A stretch of 64,000 nucleotides of DNA from Thermoplasmatota archaeon (GTDB taxonomy: Archaea > Thermoplasmatota > Penumbrarchaeia > Penumbrarchaeales > Penumbrarchaeaceae): NCBI GenBank assembly GCA_029762535.1, contig JARVGK010000001.1:1-64000 (forward strand), read 5' to 3'. Below the pieces are notes generated by a model. The model saw only the letters and a list, made by a program, of their open reading frames with translations. It was not told the DNA's origin and did not search any database. Both the position numbers and the translations under genes were made by a program. The first letter of the stretch is position 1. The number at the start of each line of letters is the position of its first letter. Shown here piece after piece: positions 56,532 to 64,000 of this stretch.

Positions 56532-56677
56532 TCCGAACCCATAAGAACTGGGCCGCATCGACCGTTCGAGCAGGTCTGGACTTTGAAGAGATTAGTTTTT
56601 TATCCGAATAGGGCTTTAGGTGATCGGAGCGTGACACGGGTGGGGGCCCGTTCTCCTCTTATAGTGGTGGAATAGCC

Positions 56678-57829
56678 ATGGCCAACGATGAGGGACCAGG
56701 GAAAGCGGCGTCGAACGGAAACGGGTTCGGCGGTGAGGCCGCCAGAGACCAGCATTCGGTGGCACGGGTGCACGTCGATTCCATTTTCGAGGTGGACCGT
56801 GATGGGAGCTTCAAGATCGTACCTGGGACCCTCGAGAGGATAACGGGTTTCTCAAGGGAGGAGCTTGAGCTTCTCACGCTCCCCAATGTTGTGATCCTTG
56901 AGGACCAGCCCCTGGCCATGAACGCCATAGAATCCGTTTTCGAGGGATCACCGCTCACCATCCAGGAGGTCTCGCTCATCTCGGAGGGAGGGGGATCGCG
57001 TCCCGTAGAACTGATAATGCTGCCAAAAAGACAGCAGGACAAGGTCTTCAGCGCCTGGGGGGCGGTCGTGGACACCGGGGACAGGATGGCACTGAAGGAC
57101 CAGGTGGCGGCACTGAACGAAGGCCAGGAGCGCATGAAGGAGATGCTCAGGGATTTCGTCAATGTATTGAGCAGGGACATAAGACAGCCATTGACCTCCA
57201 TACTGCTCATACTGGAGATGATGGAATCGGGCCATTACGGGGAGATGGCCCAGACCTCCAAGGAGAAGACGAAGAAACTGATAGAAATGGTCGAGAGGAT
57301 AAAGGATATACTTTCCGATGCCCTTGAGATGTCCAGGAGAATGGGCGGAGATTTCAGGTTCGAGCCCGGGGCCCTCTCATTGAAGGACACCTTGGAGGAT
57401 GCCCTGAGGGCGAAGGACGATGTGATCCAGAAAAAGCGCATCAAACTCAAGAAGGCATACCGGGAGAAGGACACACTGGTGAACGCTGACAGGAAAGCAA
57501 TATATCAGGTGGTCGAGACCCTCATCGGGAACGCTATCGCATCGACCCCTGAGGTCGGTGAGATCTCCATTGATATCGACTCGATCGACGGCTACCTGCA
57601 GGTCGCCATATCGGATTCGGGCGAGGGCATGGCCGACGATGTGATCGAGACGCTTTTCGACAGGTTCGACATCGACCCTGGAAGGGAAGGCGGGGTGATG
57701 TCCCTCGGCCTCGGTCTGTTCCTGTCAAAGAGGATAATAACCAAGCACGGCGGCAGGATATGGTGTGAGAGCTTCATAGGCCTCGGTTCCACATTCTTCT
57801 TCACCCTTCCCAGGGAAGGAGGTGGATGA
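56678..57829 (+). CDS. PAS-HisKA-HATPase protein lacking the phospho-acceptor His
   Basis: PAS 'ERITGFSREEL'; H-box reads SRDIRQPLTSI; N-box 'LIGNAI', G1 'DSGEGM', F-box 'LFDRF', G2 'LGLGL'. Confidence 0.88.
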   Translation: MANDEGPGKAASNGNGFGGEAARDQHSVARVHVDSIFEVDRDGSFKIVPGTLERITGFSREELELLTLPNVVILEDQPLAMNAIESVFEGSPLTIQEVSLISEGGGSRPVELIMLPKRQQDKVFSAWGAVVDTGDRMALKDQVAALNEGQERMKEMLRDFVNVLSRDIRQPLTSILLILEMMESGHYGEMAQTSKEKTKKLIEMVERIKDILSDALEMSRRMGGDFRFEPGALSLKDTLEDALRAKDDVIQKKRIKLKKAYREKDTLVNADRKAIYQVVETLIGNAIASTPEVGEISIDIDSIDGYLQVAISDSGEGMADDVIETLFDRFDIDPGREGGVMSLGLGLFLSKRIITKHGGRIWCESFIGLGSTFFFTLPREGGG

Positions 57830-57830
57830 T

Positions 57831-58196
57831 ATGGGTTCGAGCGTGATGATCGTCGAGGACAGGGAGGCGATCGCCTCGGTAATGATAGAGATGCTGGGGA
57901 TCTCCGGATATAAGGTCGTCGCAACCGCAACGAACGGAATCGACGCGTTGGAGATGTATCGGACGCACCATCCCGACATCGTTCTTCTCGACCTGGTCCT
58001 TCCGGACATCTCCGGCCTTGAGGTCGCAAAGGGCATATTGGATATGGACGGCTCAGCAAGGATAGTCGTTGTAACGGCACTTACAGGAGAGGGGATGTTG
58101 AAGGACTGCCTCGAGGCGGGATGTCGTGGTTTCCTCGTTAAACCCTACAGGATGGCGGAGCTTCTAAAGGCCATAGAGAAGGCCCTCACTGACTGA
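57831..58196 (+). CDS. Stand-alone response regulator receiver (CheY-like)
   Basis: 'IVED', 'PDIVLLDLVLP..SG', 'VTA', 'KP'. Confidence 0.93.
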   Translation: MGSSVMIVEDREAIASVMIEMLGISGYKVVATATNGIDALEMYRTHHPDIVLLDLVLPDISGLEVAKGILDMDGSARIVVVTALTGEGMLKDCLEAGCRGFLVKPYRMAELLKAIEKALTD

Positions 58197-58439
58197 ATCA
58201 CCTCCCGTGGATCATGTGCGATCGCGGTCGGACAATCGCAAGACGGTTCACAATAATAATAAATATTATACGTATGTTTATCGTCGGACCCCGGTCGCTT
58301 CGGCATCCTGGACGATGGGAGCGATGACCCTGCTATGGATATACGGGAGATGCTCCGTTCCGGGGAAAATATATAAGGCATCAAGTCCCATATATGCCAC
58401 ATCGGAAGAAGAACAACGCCTCAAGGGGTGATAGATATC

Positions 58440-61400
58440 ATGAAGGAAAAAATGCAAGGGAGCGCCAAGGCCATAGTATCTCTTTTCATGCTGGCTCTGC
58501 TGATCGTAATGCCATGGGGCATCACCGCGGATGCCAACGACCCTCAGCCGGCAGAGGTTCCGCCGACAAGGGCCTGGCTCGACATCGCCATTGATGGGAT
58601 CGAGAGGATCCAGAGCACTGTGTCGAACAATATCTATCCCGGTCAGAAGGTCGAATTGGCCGTACGCCTAGTCCATGATATCAGGCCGTATGTGAGCGAT
58701 ACCCCGATCACGAACTCCAATCCATTCACCGTGGTTATTGTCATCGACGATGACAAGGGGAACGTGTCGACAATGTACAAGCAGATCACCAGCATGCCTC
58801 TGACCTATACGGCAATGGATCCACAAACAGGCATGCCGAACCCTCTCTTCGTCTCATTCTTCTGGACCGCTCCAGATAAGGCACCCCAGGGGTATTCATG
58901 GGCACAGATGAGCTATTCGGTCTATTCCACCATCACGGTCGATGACGACGACAAGTCCGACAATTTCAGGACGGGCTCGGCCATCAGGATCTCCGAACCC
59001 GACTTCCAGCCCCGGATCCATCAGGAGGACGAGACCAAACCTGGCGTCACCAGCAAGGTCCACGACGTCTCTCTCGGAGAGGCGGTGTTCCTTCCGTTCG
59101 ACCTTTGGAACGAAGGTCCGGCAGTGGACATAATCGGCATAGAATACATGTCAATTCCCGAGGGTTGGGTTCCCTCGCCCTTCGAACCCATCGAGGTGTT
59201 CCCGAACAACTATCAGGAGATGAACCTCGCCCTTCTCGTTTCCCCCAACCCCGTTCTTGCCCAGCACGACCTGACCTACGACCTTGTTGTCAGGCCTTAT
59301 TCCACCTTCTTCAAGGAGGGCCCCTATAACATAGACCCGACCTACACGTTCAAGTTCAAGGTAAGTCTGGCGCCCGCATGCGTCATAGACCCTGCGACCC
59401 CCTCGATGATGCTGGTCCCAGGTATTAAGACCGACGTCCACTTCACTCTGAGGAACACCGGCAACGCCCGGGACACCTACACCCTTTCCTGGGCCCTGGA
59501 CGAGAGGGCCAGCAAGGAATGGAGGGTCGATTTCAAATCAGGGATAGGCCAGCCTACCGTATCACCGGGCGAATCGACCCAGGTCACCGTTGGTGTCACG
59601 GTCCCCATAAACACGGCGAAGAACCAGAACGTTCAGCTTTTCATCAAGGCCGAATCGTCCAGAAGGCAGGGGATGATAACGACAAGTACACCCTGCGTGA
59701 TATTCGCGGCCGAAAGATATGCCGCCGACATCGAACGTCAGACGGAGCCCCACCTGGTAGAGCCCGGAAGGGAGAACCGAATAACCTTCAACTTCACCAA
59801 CATGGGCAACGACAAGGACCCCAACCAGGCCCTCAGGGTCCAGTCCGCTCCAAAGGGTTGGAAGGTGTTCATAGACCAGTCCCCCCTGAAAACGGGTAAC
59901 GGGCTGGGCCCAAGGACCAGAACAAGGGTGACGATGACGATATTCGTGCCCGAGACCTCCACGACATCATACAAATCATCCAGGCCTCCGTTCGTAATGG
60001 TACAGGCGGTGGGAGGGCCTTACCTGAACATACTCGATACCGAGCAGTTCTTCTTCGAGGTCCCTCTCAAGAACAGGGTCGGCCTCAGCTCGGACGATCC
60101 GATCAAGACGGGCTTCGTCGGTGGCCAGACCGAATTCATAGTTTATGTCCAGAACAAAGGCAACTGGGACGATACCTTCAACCTGACCACGGACTTCGAG
60201 TGGGCGGACCTTGAGATGGACCGAACGCCCCCCCTCTTCGCGAACGATTCCATCCCCGTCAGGATAGTCGTCAGGATCCCCTCTGACGCCGCAGCGGATA
60301 CGAACCCGGACACGCCCAGGATCCTCGACGGATACAAGATACGCGTATTCGCCTACTCCCAGAACGAGACCCGAAAGGGAGCGACCCTGGTCAGCCTCGA
60401 TCTGACCCTGAAGGTCGCCCCATTCTACAGCTTCGACATGGCGCTGGCACCCGGTGAGAGGCCACTCAGGTTCTCCACGGACCACGATCAGATCCGTGTC
60501 CTCAAGGTGAGGATTAGGAACACCGGGAACATAGCTGACCTGATACGCCTGGAATGGGAGGATAATCCCTTCTCATCCTGGATATTCCTGCAGAACGTTT
60601 ACGTGGATGTGCCGTACAAGGACCATTTCGACGCATTGATCACAATAAGGCCCAAGGCCTTCACGGTCGCAGAGGCGCAGATCATCTCGATGAACCTGAT
60701 CGGATACTCGCAGTACGATACCGAAAGGATACCGTTCAGATCGAACATATCTTTGGATCTCGAATTCTTCACGTTGATGTTCGAGATCAACCAACCCCGA
60801 ATGAACAATCAGACCATTCAAGTGGCAGGTACCAGGGTCGAGCTCGATAAGAAGTACTCCTTCCAGGTGGAGATATCGAACATAGGCACGGAGGACCTCA
60901 ACCCGATATACATGGACAGGCTGTTCATAGTGCTGTATGACGCAGGCTTCGAGGTTGACAGGTCGAACATCACCTACCTCCTCAGGGGGGGCGAGAGGAC
61001 GGCCTACTTCGTTTGGTATGCCTCCACACCGGGGCAGCACATACTCACCTTCGCCCTCGAGGGAGAGTTACCCATAAGCAACCGGGGAGTGAACGAGAAG
61101 CAGACGAGCCTCATCGTGAATTATACCGCGGGGCCCCCGGATCCTCCGCCCAACATTCCCGAACTCATCGATTTCATGCCGCAGATTCTGCTGATGATCA
61201 TATTCGGACTGGCCATATTCGTGTTCCTCTACATGTTCAACAAGATATTCATCTCGGCCATAGACACGGGATACGACGAGGACGGGACGTACAGGCCTTG
61301 GGCGGTCAGGGAGAAGCTGAAAGAGGAGGACCAGCTGCAATCAGCGCCCGAGAGGCCCGCGCTGCCTTCCCCCACTCCGGCCGCGGCTCCAAGGCAGCTC

Positions 61401-61568
61401 AATCCGGCACCCGCGGCTCCCGCACAGGCCCAGCCCTTCCAGGCCAGGCCCATGCAGGCCCAGCCTATGCCTGCAAGGCCGCAGCCCACACCCGTTTCCG
61501 CGGCACAACCGAGGCCCGTGCAGCCCGCACCCGTTCAGCCGGTTCCGGTACAGAGACCCCCGCAGTGA
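58440..61568 (+). CDS. Membrane-anchored surface protein with NEW3/CARDB-type Ig repeats and Pro/Gln-rich cytoplasmic tail
   Basis: Signal peptide; 5-6 'N-x-G-x-x-x-D' modules; TM; PAP/QP tail. Confidence 0.82.
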   Translation: MKEKMQGSAKAIVSLFMLALLIVMPWGITADANDPQPAEVPPTRAWLDIAIDGIERIQSTVSNNIYPGQKVELAVRLVHDIRPYVSDTPITNSNPFTVVIVIDDDKGNVSTMYKQITSMPLTYTAMDPQTGMPNPLFVSFFWTAPDKAPQGYSWAQMSYSVYSTITVDDDDKSDNFRTGSAIRISEPDFQPRIHQEDETKPGVTSKVHDVSLGEAVFLPFDLWNEGPAVDIIGIEYMSIPEGWVPSPFEPIEVFPNNYQEMNLALLVSPNPVLAQHDLTYDLVVRPYSTFFKEGPYNIDPTYTFKFKVSLAPACVIDPATPSMMLVPGIKTDVHFTLRNTGNARDTYTLSWALDERASKEWRVDFKSGIGQPTVSPGESTQVTVGVTVPINTAKNQNVQLFIKAESSRRQGMITTSTPCVIFAAERYAADIERQTEPHLVEPGRENRITFNFTNMGNDKDPNQALRVQSAPKGWKVFIDQSPLKTGNGLGPRTRTRVTMTIFVPETSTTSYKSSRPPFVMVQAVGGPYLNILDTEQFFFEVPLKNRVGLSSDDPIKTGFVGGQTEFIVYVQNKGNWDDTFNLTTDFEWADLEMDRTPPLFANDSIPVRIVVRIPSDAAADTNPDTPRILDGYKIRVFAYSQNETRKGATLVSLDLTLKVAPFYSFDMALAPGERPLRFSTDHDQIRVLKVRIRNTGNIADLIRLEWEDNPFSSWIFLQNVYVDVPYKDHFDALITIRPKAFTVAEAQIISMNLIGYSQYDTERIPFRSNISLDLEFFTLMFEINQPRMNNQTIQVAGTRVELDKKYSFQVEISNIGTEDLNPIYMDRLFIVLYDAGFEVDRSNITYLLRGGERTAYFVWYASTPGQHILTFALEGELPISNRGVNEKQTSLIVNYTAGPPDPPPNIPELIDFMPQILLMIIFGLAIFVFLYMFNKIFISAIDTGYDEDGTYRPWAVREKLKEEDQLQSAPERPALPSPTPAAAPRQLNPAPAAPAQAQPFQARPMQAQPMPARPQPTPVSAAQPRPVQPAPVQPVPVQRPPQ

Positions 61569-61571
61569 AGC

Positions 61572-62582
61572 TCATGCCGCTCTCATGACCAGGAAGTGCC
61601 TGGTCAGGCTGCGGTGGACGCGGTGTTCGTAGGACTCCATCAGGGAATACTTTCCTTCAAGGTCCTGTTCCATGTTACATGGCATATCCAGAACGACCGG
61701 GGCCTCCCTTCTCAAAAAAGGGCGTACTTCCATCAGAACCTCGGTTAGCAGCCCCTCAGCCGTCGCATTGCCAAGGGAAGCGCTCCTGCCGAAAGGGGGG
61801 TCCGTAACGATGCCGTCGAAATGATCTATATCTCCGGGTATATGCTCCCTCAAATTCCTGGAATCGCCCTTGATTGCGGTGATGGTCCCAGCGGATGCGG
61901 AATGCGCGATGTTCCTGAGGGATCCTTCGTGTATCCTCTCATCGATCTCCACCCCCACACACGATATGCCGAGATGTGAGGCCTCGATCGCGAGCCCGCC
62001 GGGACCCATGAATGGATCCAGTATGCGGGATCCGGGGGGCAGGCCTGAAAGGTTCACCATCACCCTCGCGAGCCTGGGGTCCATGATCACAGGCCTGCTG
62101 AAGGGCATCCTCGACCCTCGCCGAGAAAGGAGCCCCTTCCTGTCCGTCTCGCCTGAGACCCGGCCAATGAAGGCCCTCCCGCCAGCGATCACCGCGAAGA
62201 GCTTGAAGGAGGGCGTGCGGTGGTCGATCGGGACCCTCGATGCCCTTGCCGCCTCCTCAAGTTCCTTGAATATGGTTAGGGGAGAGTTTCCACTATCGGA
62301 TTTTATAATGAAGCCAATTGACGTTCTTCCCGTTTCCCTCATGCAGTCCCTGCAGGAGGAGATGACGCTTTCGGGATCCGGCCCGGTCTCGAATAGTATC
62401 TCCCCGTCGAAATGGCAGAACCCCATTCTACGGGATATGCCGGGGGCGGGCATGTCCAGTATCGCCACCTGCCCGATCCCCTCCCGGACCTCGGAGGGAT
62501 TTCCCAGCGCTTTCAGGGCCCCTTTAAGCTCCGCGCATGCGAGCTTCACGTTCTCTCCCGACAGATAGACGATCCCTTTCAC
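61572..62582 (-). CDS. tRNA m2G10 methyltransferase (Trm11/TrmG10-like)
   Basis: 'RPVIMDPRLARVMVNL', 'LDPFMGPGG', 'VTDPPFGRS', 'VHRSLTR'. Confidence 0.9.
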   Translation of the reverse strand: MKGIVYLSGENVKLACAELKGALKALGNPSEVREGIGQVAILDMPAPGISRRMGFCHFDGEILFETGPDPESVISSCRDCMRETGRTSIGFIIKSDSGNSPLTIFKELEEAARASRVPIDHRTPSFKLFAVIAGGRAFIGRVSGETDRKGLLSRRGSRMPFSRPVIMDPRLARVMVNLSGLPPGSRILDPFMGPGGLAIEASHLGISCVGVEIDERIHEGSLRNIAHSASAGTITAIKGDSRNLREHIPGDIDHFDGIVTDPPFGRSASLGNATAEGLLTEVLMEVRPFLRREAPVVLDMPCNMEQDLEGKYSLMESYEHRVHRSLTRHFLVMRAA

Positions 62583-62689
62583 GCCCCCTTGAGATGGCCC
62601 GGGGTAGATATATTTGTCCGCATTATGACCCTGGAATCAGCAAGTTATTTTACCCCCCGGCGTCATTAGGTCTGGATGGAGGTGTATAG

Positions 62690-64000
62690 GTGCTTTGCAG
62701 GAAGGCCGCGACAGGGACCGCTCTTACGATAACGCTGATCCTCGGTTTGAACATGTTGGTGATGAACCCCAGCGCAGGCGAGGTTTCGGCCTGGTACGAC
62801 GGGAACCCGCTGAGCGAGGCGTATCCCAACTACGGGATACACGACATCATAGCCAACATGTCGCTGTTCATGATGAAGCAGGAATATCCGGAGAAGGCCA
62901 AGTTCATCGATTACTGGTACCTTCATGGCGGATCGGACTCGTTGGTGCCCTCGTTCAAGGAGGACAGGACCATACCCGGACCGAATGACAACTTCCTGGC
63001 ATATCTCGATGACGCCCCCGTTGGTGACGCCGAGAACTATTTCATAAACAACAGAAAGGGCTGGGAGGACACCGATGCCCCGGCCGAGGTCCAGAAATGG
63101 GCGAACCGCAGCATTCAGAACCTGACAGCCTGGATGCTCGATGGCATGCCCAACGGGTCAAAGGCACATCACAGGGCAGTTTACAATATCGGGATACTGT
63201 CGCATTACGTGGGCGACATGTCCCAGTTCGGACATACCGATTATTCGAAATGGGACCAGGCGACCCATCCGACGTACGATCCCTACGATGCCACGTTCCA
63301 GCTCTACTATGAGAGGTACGTCTGGGAGGACGAGACGATGAACCAGCTCATAGACGATTTCGGAACGCGAAAGTTCAATATCCCGGACGTTCCAGACGCA
63401 TACGAGCTGCATCAACGGACGGCCGATGTTGCTAGATTCACCAACGGCAGGGGAATGCCCCCTGTTCAGATGGAGGACCGGGATTCCCAGATGATAACCG
63501 TTGGATACAATTATCAGGTCATGCTCGAGAGCTTCAGGGCCAATTGGGAAGGTGATAAGAGATACAGGGGCACGAGGGGATTCGACGAGGGGCTCTGGAA
63601 CTTGACGGTTGAGAACCTTGTATCGGCCGCCGAGAACCTCACCACGTTCTACGTGGCCATATACGACAAGGCATGGGACAATTTCCTCTCCCTCTCACCG
63701 GACCTCGAGGTCGTCTCCTACACCTACACACCTCAAGAGGTCATCGCGGGGGACCTTGTAACCGTTACCGCCACGATCAGGAACAACGGGCCCAAGGATT
63801 CCGGGCAGTTCAACTGCGGTCTCTTCGTGAAAGGGGCCGTTCTGAAGGACGATCCTCTCGAGGATCGATATCTGGACCTCAAACCCCTCTTCGTTCCGGC
63901 CTATTCAGAGAGGAACGTCACATTCTTCAATTTCAAGACGGGAACGGTTCCGTTGAACGTGTCGATCAGGGCGGATCACCTAACACAGATCTACGAGGCG
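62690..64000 (+). CDS. Secreted zinc-dependent phospholipase C/P1-nuclease-fold protein with CARDB domain (partial, runs off right edge)
   Basis: Not in the ORF track. GTG 62690 after GGAGGTG; signal peptide ending VSA then mature 'WYDG..YGIHD'; 'GILSHYVGDMSQFGHT'; CARDB 'PDLEVV..ATIRNNG..ADHLTQIYE'. Confidence 0.8.
   Translation, partial: MLCRKAATGTALTITLILGLNMLVMNPSAGEVSAWYDGNPLSEAYPNYGIHDIIANMSLFMMKQEYPEKAKFIDYWYLHGGSDSLVPSFKEDRTIPGPNDNFLAYLDDAPVGDAENYFINNRKGWEDTDAPAEVQKWANRSIQNLTAWMLDGMPNGSKAHHRAVYNIGILSHYVGDMSQFGHTDYSKWDQATHPTYDPYDATFQLYYERYVWEDETMNQLIDDFGTRKFNIPDVPDAYELHQRTADVARFTNGRGMPPVQMEDRDSQMITVGYNYQVMLESFRANWEGDKRYRGTRGFDEGLWNLTVENLVSAAENLTTFYVAIYDKAWDNFLSLSPDLEVVSYTYTPQEVIAGDLVTVTATIRNNGPKDSGQFNCGLFVKGAVLKDDPLEDRYLDLKPLFVPAYSERNVTFFNFKTGTVPLNVSIRADHLTQIYEA

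Noticed and set aside
61370-61565. Quasi-repeats such as caggcccagcc considered as a CRISPR or tandem array
   Set aside because: Irregular, in-frame, and explained by the Pro/Gln/Ala-rich protein tail.
1-64000. tRNA, rRNA, CRISPR arrays, selenocysteine or pyrrolysine read-through
   Set aside because: No cloverleaf with T-loop, rRNA-like tract, spaced repeats or conserved gene broken by an in-frame TGA/TAG was seen by eye; a tRNAscan/Infernal run would be needed to exclude them fully.

Overview
Gene-dense archaeal chromosome segment, GC-rich in its core genes. Archaeal markers include the SRP RNA, aIF-1A, RIO1, eS1/S3Ae, RPA pair, PAC2 and UPF0147. Together with grpE-dnaK-dnaJ and many membrane-anchored Ig-repeat proteins, this suggests Thermoplasmatota (inference, not a database result). 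Most of the window is housekeeping (pyrG, proS, pyrC, ribA, dcd, rlmE, trm11, chaperones) interleaved with large surface proteins. The left ~5.8 kb is an accessory locus: a wHTH-TPR regulator, a secreted caspase/legumain-fold protein lacking its catalytic Cys, and a ~2.6 kb AT-rich cassette. The cassette holds a homopolymer-frameshifted beta-propeller gene and the N-terminal part of a beta-helix/PKD gene whose GC content switches at the conserved GNYWSDY motif. The best candidate for an undescribed system is a heat-shock module: an Hsp20-GrpE fusion heads dnaK-dnaJ, and its promoter shares TTACA/TGTAA boxes with the promoter of a nearby ribbon-helix-helix protein. Other oddities include a His-less histidine kinase, a probable CUG start codon, a TFE-like protein and several pseudo-enzymes. 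I saw no rRNA, tRNA, CRISPR array, transposase, integrase or reverse transcriptase. All family calls come from motif recognition by eye.
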